Origin: Pelagomonas calceolata
Taxonomy: Eukaryota
Assembly: GCA_918797485.1 (NCBI GenBank)
Contig: CAKKNE010000002.1
Coordinates: forward strand, 3,286,001 to 3,350,000
Direction of reading: 5' to 3'
Length of the DNA stretch: 64,000 bases
The notes beneath the pieces were generated by a model, which ran no database searches, was not told the DNA's origin, and saw nothing but the letters and a program-made list of their open reading frames with translations. The translations under genes were made by a program, and so were the position numbers. Every line of letters starts with the position of its first letter. The stretch's first letter is position 1. This document shows positions 28,551-38,537 of the stretch, piece after piece.

Positions 28551-31142
28551 ATGAATCGACGACGACGACGACGACCCGTCGCGTTCCTCTGCACCGCGTG
28601 CGCTACGGCGCGGTCCGTGGTCCATGAGGCGCCACCACCGGCAGCCGCAGCCCACCGGGCACTGGCAGACTGCCCCTCCGAGACGTACACCATAGACGGA
28701 GTAGGCGGCTGGGAGGACCACTACCCCGGCAGCCAGCAGACCCCGATCGTGCTGAAGAGCGGCTGCCCCGTGTCCGTCAGTATCGCGGCTGGCGAGCACG
28801 CGTTCCTGCGGGTCAGCGGTTTTAACGAGACGTTCGAGGACCGCCACCCGAGGCTGCAATGGACGTGGAGTGTAACGGACGGCCCGGTGCCGCTGATGGG
28901 CTACACCTGGTCCTCGCATTTCTGGCCGGTCTGGCTCGGAGCTGGTAAGGACACTTCGGAGTTTGACTGGTACTGGTGGCCCCAGGACCGGCCAAACGGG
29001 GACGTGGTGTTCCCGGAGGGCGATAGTGATTTCGACATTTACCATTGTTTTGGAGAGTCCGTCGACGGCTACTATCAAATGTGCCAGGCCGAAGGGCAGA
29101 CCTGCGACGAAGGGCAGACCTGCGAGGGCCTGCCGGCGGACTACGACTTGGATTTTTGCGGCGACGAACATTGCCAGGAAGACTGTTGCGGCGACAAGGA
29201 CCTGAGGGAGCGCGGGTGCAACGACGACGACGACGACAGCGGCGGGTGCGGCGACCTGCGCGTGGGGATCTCCGCCTGGGAGTTTGATAACGCGACGCAG
29301 CTGGAAGTGACCGCGACTCTGATATTTCACGAGCCAGTGAACATCGCCGAGGGCGACCTGGCGGCCCTCAACGAGCTCTGGGACGCGACGTGCGGGCCCT
29401 GGTCCAGCGCCAAGGCCCCAGAGGACGGTGGACCAGCGACGGACTGGTGCCGGGGAGATGACGAGGACGACGACGACGAGTGCGGGCCCTGGGATTGGGA
29501 AGCGTACCAAGCGCTGGCGTCGGCCGACCGGGGCGAGCGCGACTCGCGGCACAAGCCTTATTGTGATTGGGACATCGGGGGCAGCGGGCAGCGGGACTGC
29601 AAGGACGTCGGCGGCATCGTCTGCGAGGAGGGGCGCATCACGGAGCTGAACTTCGAGGGGCTCGGCCTGCGCGGGGTTATTACGCCAAAGCTGCTGAACA
29701 TCTCGACGTTGAAAAGCGTGAGGTTGGGCAACAACCGTTTATCAGGCCCCTTGCCTCAATTCGCATCCACGAAACTGGAGCGCCTTTTATTATCGAACAA
29801 TTATTTTAACGGGACCATCGGTTGTGACTATGCGACTCTCAAAGATTTGGAGTTGGATAGAAACGACCTCGAGGGCTCGGTGCCCGAGTGTTTGCTGAAT
29901 TCCGCTACTCTACAAACGCTGGACCTCGGCCACAACCGCCTCGACGGGCCGCTTCCTGTTGTAACGCAGCCGCACTCGCCGATGCTGACGTTGCGGCTGC
30001 CGCAGGCGGGCCTGAGCGGCTCCCTAAATAACCTGGCGAAGCTTACTGAATTGAGACACCTGGATTTGTCAAGGAACTTCCTGACGGGCACGCTGGACAC
30101 GGCGCTTGTACAAAGCTGGACGTGGCTCATGGATTTGGACCTGAGCTGGAACTATCTGGAAGGATCCATACCAGAATTCCCTTCTATAAACACGAAAAAA
30201 ATAGACCTGGGCCACAACGCCTTCTCCGGCGAGCTCTTGACCCAATTCCAGACCTTCGCCGAGAACCAGCGCCACGGCGAGGCCGGCTGGCTGCACCTCG
30301 ACTCGAACTCGTTTTGCGGGCCGCTGCCCGAGGTCTTATACGATCTCCTGTACGACACGCACACCATAACAAACATGGACGTCGCGGGCAATCATTTTAG
30401 ATGCGCCGTGCACAACCGGCACTTCGACGGCTGGGCGCGCGTGACGGGCCACGACTGGGGCGAGTGCACGCCGGTGGCCGTCGTCGCCGCCGCGGCGCCG
30501 GTCGATGGGGTGGCGGTCCCGGGCGCCGAGCTTATAATCACGGGCGAGTTCGTGGCGACGACCGAGGCGCGGTGCGCTTTTGTGAATGGCGCAACGCGCG
30601 CCGAGGTCGCGGCTTCGTATATTTCCTCGACGGAGCTGCGGTGCAGTTTACCAACCGACTGGCCGCCGGGCCCGACGACGGTCGAGGCCGCCCACTACTG
30701 CGACGACTTCTCGAGCGTTCTTGATGATTACGTGCCCGTGCACGTGGACGTGTCGGCGGCGCCGACGGCGGCGCCCGTGGCCTCGTCGTCGTCGTCGTCG
30801 TCATCATCAAACGGCGTCTCGACGGCGGCGCTGGGCGGCGGCGTCGCCGCGGCCGCGGCGGCGTTGGTGATGTCGGCGGCGCTCGCCTACATCATCCGGC
30901 GGGAGATGGCGGGGAAGCCGCTCTTCGTGCCCGCGGCACGCTGGGAGGCGAACCCGATCGCGGGGCGCGCCGACGACTTTGACAGCGCCAAGGGCGGCGA
31001 CGTCGAATTGGAGATCCGGCACCTCGAGCGGCTCAAAGACGTTGATCTTGATGTGGAGGAGCGCAAGGACGACGCCGACGCCGTGCGGTCGCCGCGGCAC
31101 GCCGTGCTGTCGCCCCGGTCGTCCAGGGAGGGGTTTTCGTAG
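28551..31142 (+). CDS. LRR receptor-like membrane protein (plant-type LRRs, IPT/TIG-like domain, TM helix, no kinase)
   Basis: Repeated LxxLDLxxNxLxGxxP; GIVCEEGRITEL cap; ASYISSTELRCSLP; hydrophobic helix near the C-terminus. Confidence 0.85.
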   Translation: MNRRRRRRPVAFLCTACATARSVVHEAPPPAAAAHRALADCPSETYTIDGVGGWEDHYPGSQQTPIVLKSGCPVSVSIAAGEHAFLRVSGFNETFEDRHPRLQWTWSVTDGPVPLMGYTWSSHFWPVWLGAGKDTSEFDWYWWPQDRPNGDVVFPEGDSDFDIYHCFGESVDGYYQMCQAEGQTCDEGQTCEGLPADYDLDFCGDEHCQEDCCGDKDLRERGCNDDDDDSGGCGDLRVGISAWEFDNATQLEVTATLIFHEPVNIAEGDLAALNELWDATCGPWSSAKAPEDGGPATDWCRGDDEDDDDECGPWDWEAYQALASADRGERDSRHKPYCDWDIGGSGQRDCKDVGGIVCEEGRITELNFEGLGLRGVITPKLLNISTLKSVRLGNNRLSGPLPQFASTKLERLLLSNNYFNGTIGCDYATLKDLELDRNDLEGSVPECLLNSATLQTLDLGHNRLDGPLPVVTQPHSPMLTLRLPQAGLSGSLNNLAKLTELRHLDLSRNFLTGTLDTALVQSWTWLMDLDLSWNYLEGSIPEFPSINTKKIDLGHNAFSGELLTQFQTFAENQRHGEAGWLHLDSNSFCGPLPEVLYDLLYDTHTITNMDVAGNHFRCAVHNRHFDGWARVTGHDWGECTPVAVVAAAAPVDGVAVPGAELIITGEFVATTEARCAFVNGATRAEVAASYISSTELRCSLPTDWPPGPTTVEAAHYCDDFSSVLDDYVPVHVDVSAAPTAAPVASSSSSSSSSNGVSTAALGGGVAAAAAALVMSAALAYIIRREMAGKPLFVPAARWEANPIAGRADDFDSAKGGDVELEIRHLERLKDVDLDVEERKDDADAVRSPRHAVLSPRSSREGFS

Positions 31143-31219
31143 GGGTTCTTGTCGTCTAGTATGTCCTTCTAGTTTGCGACGGCTCGACTTCCCCTACAGA
31201 CGGATTCTCGAAAAACATG

Positions 31220-31240
31220 CTAGTATGTCGATGACGCTAG
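31220..31240. promoter_or_regulatory. Recurrent intergenic motif variant CTAGTATGTCGATGACGCTAG
   Basis: Matches the motif ends and spacing but lies between two convergent ORFs. Confidence 0.4.
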
Positions 31241-31596
31241 GTGATTATCGATGGACGCGTACCTTACACCATTTGTGTCTGGGTTCTCGGGGGGCAGGGT
31301 GAAACAACACCCTATCGCCAATCCCAATAGACACGGTGGCGAAGCGTTCGGGGTCCGTACTACCTGGGGGTGGGTTCAATAAGTGGCTCTCTCTCTCGTC
31401 GTCGATAGCTAAAAGAGGATTGTGTGCAGGAAGGAACGTAAAAAAGATCTCGGTCAATGTCAATCGATAAGCTAGCTAGGTCATTGACAACTCAACTTAG
31501 ACAGACAGTCTTGACAAGAGTGCAACGGGGGGACAGGGGATATGGTATGTACAGGGGGAGGCGTCGCCGGCGCGCGCTTGGACGGCGGCGGAGCCT

Positions 31597-32252
31597 CTAG
31601 TCTCGCGCTACAATGAGAAAGGCCGGGTAGTTGGCGAACTCGAAGTCCCGCCGGCCGCCGCCGGCTTTGGGCTTGACGAGCGCGTATGCGTGCCCGCTGC
31701 GTCCATTACTCATTGTTTTTTTCAGGTTGATCACGGCGACTGCGTTCTCTTCGTCCGGGTGCGGCGCGAGGTAGATCTTAGAAGCAGTCCAAGTTTCCCA
31801 TCTGACTTCGACACCTCCGTCGAACGGCGCCCCTTGATTCTTGTCGTAGAAAAAGACGTCGACGCCTTGAGCCCGCGCCTTCAGCTCCGATCGGACGTCG
31901 ATGTCTTCGAAGCTGCCGTCTTCAGGCCCCTCATCCTCGTACTCAGACAAATACTTGAACGCTGCAAGTACAAGCTTGTTCCGTTGTTCCGTCTGTTTAC
32001 TGTTTGGTGCTTTCTTGGTATGCAAAACACGGAACGCCTTGTTGAACCCGTAAAGGTCGTATCCCTCTCCCCTCAAGTCATCTACAGGATCACGTTTGGT
32101 AGCCAGCCTCGGCGGCCCTCCAGGCCCCCCAGTCCTCGCATATTGGCTCAATTGGCACCAGGCAAAGGCAGGCCAGGCCCCCCAGTCCTTGCATATTGGC
32201 TCAATTGGCACCAGGCAAAGGCAGGCCCTGTCGTGATCATCGCGGGTTCCAT
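31597..32252 (-). pseudogene. Unknown gene frameshifted by a 53-bp tandem duplication
   Basis: The ATG at 32252 (MEPAMITTG) is in frame with the downstream ORF only if one repeat unit is removed. Confidence 0.45.
32120..32227. repeat. 53-bp direct tandem duplication, one mismatch
   Basis: CCAGGCCCCCCAGTCCTYGCATATTGGCTCAATTGGCACCAGGCAAAGGCAGG at 32120 and 32173. Confidence 0.95.
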
Positions 32253-32373
32253 CTCGCGGGCAGCCCAACACTATGAGCAGCCTCCCCAGCTTCTGCGTCG
32301 CCAGCTTAGCAAGGCGTGAGGACCGTCGCAGAGCTGCCGAGCTCTGGATGGATCAGCTGCCCCGCGTGGACTT

Positions 32374-32856
32374 CTACGACGCGATAGATGGCTCGAGTGC
32401 CAGCGAAACCAAGGGGGTGACACTGACGCTGTGCGGCGGCCGCGGGGCCGTCGTCTCGTCGACCGGCGCCTGGCGCAGCTTGACTTGCTGCTTGTCTCGC
32501 TCCAGATCGGCCGCAATCTTTTGCTTGATGTTCCGGAGCCTCTTGTACCTGGGCCCATCCGCATGGACCTGCGCCTGCAAGGCCACGACTTCAGCCTCCC
32601 ACTTATCCCGGATGCGGCTTTCGCGTCTCAGCTTTGTTCGCCGCGAGATGATGCCCGCCAAGCCGGCGTTAAGCTCGTCGAGTGTCGCGTGGCGGTCACG
32701 GTCGTATCTTTTGATGAGCTTTACGACGCCGTCGCAGGTCGATGCCTCCTCGAGCTTGTGGCGCTTGAGCTGTAAGTTGTCCTCGAGGAGCTGCTCCACC
32801 TCTGCTCGAAGACGAGCTTCGACCGCCGTGCGGTCTGTTTCGCTGGCACTCAGCAT
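32374..32856 (-). CDS. Hypothetical coiled-coil protein
   Basis: ATG at 32856 and heptad-like charged sequence; a motif copy lies ~185 bp upstream. Confidence 0.5.
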   Translation of the reverse strand: MLSASETDRTAVEARLRAEVEQLLEDNLQLKRHKLEEASTCDGVVKLIKRYDRDRHATLDELNAGLAGIISRRTKLRRESRIRDKWEAEVVALQAQVHADGPRYKRLRNIKQKIAADLERDKQQVKLRQAPVDETTAPRPPHSVSVTPLVSLALEPSIAS

Positions 32857-33039
32857 GTGGTGGTGTGTGTTGCCATTTTGCACTCACTCTGTGGGCTCAA
32901 GCCTACGGTTCGCTTGGGCTGGCCGCTCTGGCTGGCGTCCGAGGACATGACGATCGCTTCTGGCGTTCGACGCTGCCCCGCGCCTTCGTGCGGTGCCGGG
33001 GCTGTCCGCCAAAGCCTTTGCTTGCAGACAACTTGCTTG

Positions 33040-33061
33040 CTAGTGTCTTACAGACCGCTAG
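33040..33061. promoter_or_regulatory. Recurrent intergenic motif copy CTAGTGTCTTACAGACCGCTAG
   Basis: Near-consensus copy upstream of the 32856 start. Confidence 0.65.
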
Positions 33062-34236
33062 CTAATATTGAGGAGCGGCGGCGGCCAATCTCGCCGCATT
33101 CACACGCTGGGAGAAAATTAAGGAGAACAGGTTGCGTCCTCGGCCCGGCAAAGTCTCTCGGCAGCCAAAGCGACATCGCTGCCAGCGCTGCGTGAGGACA
33201 CAGCAGGCTGCCCTCAAGCCGAGCTAGGAGCCGCGACGACGACTACCGCTCATCGGCGCGACGACAAACGACGACAGCACGACTGCGTCGTTCTGCCCTC
33301 GCCGGCGGCCGCTCGCGCCGCGGCTGAGAAGACTCTAGCGCGCCGCCCGCCGCGCAAGATCTCAAAGCAGACACAGGTCCGTCCGTCAAGGCGCAGCGCG
33401 TGACAAAGGGCGGCCGTGTTACTCAACGGTCGCGACGGACGCGCCGAATCGTCAAGCGCGGCGACATACACACAACTCCACATTGAACACCCGCGCTGTC
33501 GACGCCACATTTCCCTGAGAGACTGCGTCTGCTCGATGGCGTGGATCCCTTCGTCCAGAGGGACTGTCTATCCGACGATCCCGTTCAGAAGCGCGAACAT
33601 CATCGCCGGCGCGCCATTCATTTGGTGCGTTCGTGCGTCGTTCCGCCATACACACAAAACGTACCAGTAGTATCATAGTGATGAGAGAGAACGCCAACGA
33701 CGCGACCCGTTCTCCTCGGCGCGCCCGCGGCCCTTCCCCAAAAAAACAGACAGCACTCGACGTCTGTGGATGACCTGCCCACTCGCCGCGGACGCCGTCG
33801 GGAGTTCTGCCATTAAGGTTTAGTGTGGCTATATAACACCGATATAACTCTTCGCGACGGTCTGCAACGGCACTGGCGCCGGCCGCCTGCGTCAGCAGCA
33901 CTAGACCTCTCGCATCCACCTCATGCAATTGCCTATTTTTGGCCTAGACCGAGGCCAATTTTGATCGCGCGGACACAGAGCTCGCCGCGCGGCCTCTCAA
34001 AGACACCAGAGGTCGCCACCTCGGGCGCCCCGAGCACCAGTGAGCCTCAGCGCAAGAGTCACAACCCTCTAACCAAACCCTCCAAAAAACACGAGGCTTG
34101 CGTCGCCCTCTCTCGATACAAAATCGCGAACATATTCACCAACACCCCTTCCGTTCCAGCTACGCCCCCGAGGCGCGTCGCGCACGCGCGTTTCCAAAAT
34201 ACTTCTTACCCGATTCTCACTTTTTGACTTCCACAG

Positions 34237-34491
34237 GTTTTTTCTCTGTGGTCCAATTACAAGAACGAGCTCCGTCAAATTTGGCTTGAGTTCAAGCGCG
34301 GCATCTTCGGCCGGGGCAACGGCGGCAACGGCGGCAACGGCGGCAACGGCGACGGCGGCAACACGGACGATGACGACGACGACGACGACAACGACGAGAA
34401 GAAGTCCAATTCGAAGCGCCAGAAGCGCAAGGGAATCTCGCCGCTCAAGCCGGTGAAGATCGAGGACGAGGGCATGGGGATCTCGATCTGA
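34237..34491 (+). other. Probable terminal exon of an unresolved gene or gene remnant
   Basis: Follows an acceptor-like TTTTTGACTTCCACAG and reads VFSLWSNYKNELRQIWLEFKRG-(GN)n-poly-D-KRQKRK...; candidate 64-nt GC-AG intron at 34173-34236. Confidence 0.35.
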
Positions 34492-34663
34492 GGCTATATA
34501 TATCCTTCCCGTTGCCGCGCGGCGGCGCGCGCGGCACCTCCCCCGTAACATTTGTAACAAATCGACGCCTCCTGTAGGCACACTCTACGAAGCGCCGGGG
34601 GGCGCTTCCCTGGGGACGGACGAGGTCGCCAAATTTCGAGGGTGTGCTGGTCCTCGTAGCTGA

Positions 34664-34683
34664 CTAGCGTTATAACACACTAG
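34664..34683. promoter_or_regulatory. Recurrent intergenic motif variant CTAGCGTTATAACACACTAG
   Basis: ~140 bp upstream of the NDUFV2 ATG. Confidence 0.5.
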
Positions 34684-34820
34684 GATTTTGCTGAACAAGG
34701 TCCTCAAGCTTGCCGGGAGCGCAAGACACGAGTGTCCGCGCGGAGGAGCTGCGTCAGTCCTCGCTACGTAGCCAGCGGACCGCCGAGGAAAAAATCGCCG
34801 CCGCGCCGAACCGCAACCAC

Positions 34821-35594
34821 ATGCTCGCGAGGAGAGGCGCCGCGGCCCTCGCGCGGCGCGGCCCGCGGGCGCGCCGCCTCAGCAACTTCCACCCCTTGGC
34901 CCAGCACGTCGACCGGCCCGACAATAAGGTGGAGACGCCCTTCGATTTCACGCCGGAGAACCACATCCGGGCGGAGCACATCCTGGGCAAGTACCCGGCC
35001 AACTACCGCGCGTCGGGCATCATACCTTTGCTGGATTTGGCCCAGAGACAGCACGGCGGCTGGCTGCCCGTAGCTGCGATGGATAAAGTCGCGGCGCTGG
35101 TCGGCGTCGCGCCGATGCGCGTCTACGAGGTGGCGACGTTCTACACCATGTTCAACCGCGAGCCCGTGGGCAAGTACTTCATTCAGCTTTGTGGTACCAC
35201 CCCGTGCATGGTTTGTGGCAGCGAAGCCATAAAGAAGGCCATCGAGGACCACCTGGGCATCCAGGAGGGCGAAACCACAAAGGACGGTCTGTTCACGCTG
35301 AGGGAAGTGGAGTGTCTCGGGGCTTGTGCGAACGCCCCCATGGTCCAGATGAACGACGACTACTACGAGTGCCTCACGCCCAAGAGCGTCGTGGAATTAC
35401 TGGAGGCGTGCAAGCGCGGCGAGAAGCACGAGATGGGCCGCTGGGGGTCGCTGCCCATGAACGGCCAGGTGTCCTGCGAGGGCCCGCGCGGCAAAACCAG
35501 TTTAGGAAACGGGCCGCCGGCGCCCTACGCCATGCGGGAGGACCTAAAGGGCGAGGTCGATCCCGCGTCGGTCAAGGCGCACATGGGCTACTAA
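34821..35594 (+). CDS. NDUFV2: NADH:ubiquinone oxidoreductase 24 kDa subunit, mitochondrial
   Basis: IPLLDLAQRQHGGWL, YEVATFYTMF, CGTTPCM, VECLGACANAPM; Arg-rich presequence. Confidence 0.96.
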   Translation: MLARRGAAALARRGPRARRLSNFHPLAQHVDRPDNKVETPFDFTPENHIRAEHILGKYPANYRASGIIPLLDLAQRQHGGWLPVAAMDKVAALVGVAPMRVYEVATFYTMFNREPVGKYFIQLCGTTPCMVCGSEAIKKAIEDHLGIQEGETTKDGLFTLREVECLGACANAPMVQMNDDYYECLTPKSVVELLEACKRGEKHEMGRWGSLPMNGQVSCEGPRGKTSLGNGPPAPYAMREDLKGEVDPASVKAHMGY

Positions 35595-35608
35595 GATTCT
35601 CTGTATAT

Positions 35609-37045
35609 TTACCTTGGTCTACCGTTGAGTTCCACAACTAAAGCAGCAACGCCCGCCGACGCCACGAGCGGCAGCACGACGTCATAGTCGCGCGTCAGCT
35701 CGAACAGGAGCATGGCTGCGGTCAGCGGCGCGCGAAACACGGCCGCTAAAACAGAAGCGGCGCCGACCGTCGCGCAGGCCGGCGTCGTCAAAAAATTCGG
35801 GTCCACACCGATGAGTTCCGTGAGCTGCGAGGCGATCTGCGCGTAGGCCGAGCCGGCCGTCGCGCCCAGGAAGAGCGACGGCGCGAACAAGCCTCCCACT
35901 AAGCCCGCGCCGACCGCCGCCGCCGTCGCTATAATCTTCAACAGCGTGTAGGTTAAGAGAGTGGCGGCGTCGCCGCCCTGGTCTTGTAATATAGAATTCA
36001 AAGTCGCGTAGCCGTTGAAGAGGACGGGCTGGCAGTAGACGCCTAACGCACCCGCTAACGCGCCGCACGCCGCCGGCCGCAGTCTTTCCGGTACGACACT
36101 CCCGATGGCACCGTTTTCATTCCACACCTCCTCCGAATAGGTAATAGCGTTCTGCAATGCTAAAGCAACTAAGCCGCACAACGCGCCGAGGCCCAGATAC
36201 AAAGGCAATTCCAACCCCAGAGCGGCCAGGGAAATCCCACCATAATCCGGCGACGGCAGCCTCAACTGCACGCTCGGCCCCGCCTGCTCCACTACGAGAG
36301 CAGCCAAGACTGATGAGACCGCCGTCGCCGCCACCGCCGCTCTCGGCAAGACAAGGGCGCCGTCCGCGGAACGATCGTCCCTCGAAGACACTTCGAGGGC
36401 ATAAAAAATGCCCGCGATGGGCGCCGAGAAGCCCGCGGCGACGCCCGCGGCCTCGCCCGCGCCCGTGAGCACTTTTTGGATCCTTCCTCGGTACTTGTCG
36501 CCCCGGATGGTCCCCGACGCGCGAGCCGCGACCGTGGCGCCCAGCCGCACGGCGGGCCCCTCGGGCCCCAGCGAGTTGCCCGTGCCCAGCGTCGCGACGG
36601 CCGCCGCGGCCTGCGACAAGGCGCCGGCGAACGTCGTGTTCGACGGCGGCCTATCAAAGTCCGGCGTGATGCACCTTAACAGTCCAACACCTAACCCGCC
36701 GAGCGCCGGGATGGATGCGTAGACCGCCGCGCTGCCCGCCGGCGAGGCCGCGAGCGCGCCGCCCGCGGAAAAGACCGAGCTCAGGTACGCGTTGTACGCC
36801 GTCGTGTCGACGGCGTCTATGCTCAGCTTGAAGGCCGTGACGCAGGTCCCCGTGGCGACTCCCACAACAGCCGCGCGCGCCAAAATACCGAGCTCCGGGG
36901 CGGCCGCGAAGGGCGTCTCGGTGATCGCGTCGTCGTCCTTCGTCCTTCGCGGGAAGTTGCATCGATAGCGCACCCGCCGCGGTCCCGGCGTGACGAAGGC
37001 CGTGACCTGCACGCCTGCGAGCAGGAGCAGCGTGCTGCGTCGCAT
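35609..37045 (-). CDS. CLC chloride channel/transporter (CLC-e-like, plastid-targeted, no CBS domains visible)
   Basis: GNSLGPEGP, AAGVAAGFSAPIAG, GGLFAPSLFLG, FRAPLT..FELT; signal peptide ending TAF. Confidence 0.9.
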   Translation of the reverse strand: MRRSTLLLLAGVQVTAFVTPGPRRVRYRCNFPRRTKDDDAITETPFAAAPELGILARAAVVGVATGTCVTAFKLSIDAVDTTAYNAYLSSVFSAGGALAASPAGSAAVYASIPALGGLGVGLLRCITPDFDRPPSNTTFAGALSQAAAAVATLGTGNSLGPEGPAVRLGATVAARASGTIRGDKYRGRIQKVLTGAGEAAGVAAGFSAPIAGIFYALEVSSRDDRSADGALVLPRAAVAATAVSSVLAALVVEQAGPSVQLRLPSPDYGGISLAALGLELPLYLGLGALCGLVALALQNAITYSEEVWNENGAIGSVVPERLRPAACGALAGALGVYCQPVLFNGYATLNSILQDQGGDAATLLTYTLLKIIATAAAVGAGLVGGLFAPSLFLGATAGSAYAQIASQLTELIGVDPNFLTTPACATVGAASVLAAVFRAPLTAAMLLFELTRDYDVVLPLVASAGVAALVVELNGRPR

Positions 37046-37481
37046 GGTGCTTGCTCAGCAGTGATCACAGCAGTCTATCCTTCGCCCATTGATGCTGCAA
37101 CGTACTGGACATCCGTGCAAATTACCAGTCTTAAGGCTATTCAATCGTGCATGGACGCAGAGCTGGGGCTCAAGCACAGCTTTGAGCCTGTAGCATACCC
37201 GCACGTCGCAAAAGCAGCCGTTCCTGTTGTGGTTTCTTAGAGACGATGGGTGTAGACGCAGCGGAACGAGTTTGCCGAGCGTTGGTTCACTTAGCCTGGA
37301 TGATGACTGGGTGTCTCAGAGTGTGGTTCAGGTCAGAGCTTACGAAAGCTGCGCGAACGCGCGAAAAGAGCGACGCGCCGTTTCATTGTAGTGTCCTCGT
37401 CGCAGGAACTGCAGCGCGCAGTCCTCAAACTGCTTTAAATACGCACTGCCACACTTTGACAGCAAGCAGGCGCTGCACAGC

Positions 37482-38529
37482 ATGAAATCAATCGCATTAC
37501 TCATACTCGTCACGTGCACCTCCGCGCTGCGCCGGCACCGGCTGGAGACGACAGCCGCGACCCTTAGAGGAGGCGAGGGAAGATGGCGCAAAGTCAAGGG
37601 CGGCGCCTCGAGCCTGCGCAGCTCCGCGCGCGCCTGGGCCGACTACCTCACCGGCGCGAACGTCACGACGAACATCACGACATGGACGAGGCCCAAGAAG
37701 AAGCTAAAAAAGCCATCTGTCGGCCCCGAGGACCAATACGAGGTCGCTGAGGCCTTCGCGGAGGCCGCGCGCGCCGTCACGCGGCCCTCGCTGCGCGTGA
37801 TCGCCACGACGGTCGTGCCCGCCTGCGGCGCCGTGCTGGCCAACGGCATGTTCCTGGCGAGCTGGCCCGCGGTCGCGCAGGCCCGCACGTCAAAGCAGCT
37901 CGGCGCGCTGAACCCTTTGCCTTTTGCCTTCACGTTCGCGAACTGCGTGGGCTGGCTCCACTACGGCTTTGTGTGTCGGAACCATTATGTGTTTTGGTCG
38001 AACGCGCTGGGCTGCGTCCTGGGGCTGTTGTATACGACCACGGCGCTCAAGCTGGGGTGCCCCGACGTCGTCGAGCGGGTCGCGGTGGGGGGCCTGGTGA
38101 TTCACATCGGCGCGGCGTATGTTACGGGCTTGCGGCTGGCGTCGCCAGCTAAACGGAAGCTGTGCGCGGGGCTCGTCGCCAACTTCATTCTGCTGTGCTA
38201 CTACGCGGCGCCGCTGTCCACCGTCGCGGCCGTCGTGCGCAGCGCACGAATCAAATGTCGCGGCGCTTCTATTCACTGGTTTGATTTGCGCACAGGTCGT
38301 GCGGAGCCGGGACGCGTCGTCGATCTCCGGGCCGCTGGTGCTGGTCAACGCGGGCAACGGCCTGTTGTGGACCGTGTACGGCGCCGCGGTCGAGGACGCG
38401 CTCGTCTGGGCGCCGAACCTCGCCGGCGTGGCGCTCGCCGCGGCGCAGCTGGCGCTCAAGCTGGCGTTCCGCGGCGCGAGGGCCTCGACTACCGCCGTCG
38501 CCGCGACCGCGGCAAAAGGAGTAACTTGA
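37482..38529 (+). CDS. SWEET sugar transporter with an N-terminal extension, one intron (38232-38295)
   Basis: LNPLPF..NCVGWLHYG..NALG; YAAPLSTVAA|VVRSRDASSI..NGLLWTVYG..WAPNLAG. Confidence 0.9.
38232..38303 (+). mobile_element. Introner-like element forming a 64-nt GT-AG intron
   Basis: 8-bp direct repeat GTCGTGCG at 38232 and 38296; 16-bp imperfect TIRs CAGCGCACGAATCAAA / TTTGATTTGCGCACAG (12/16 match). Confidence 0.8.
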
Positions 38530-38537
38530 AATCCATA

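Noticed and set aside
33676..33800. C-box-like GTGATGA as the start of a C/D snoRNA
   Set aside because: There is no D box (CTGA) or terminal stem at a suitable distance.
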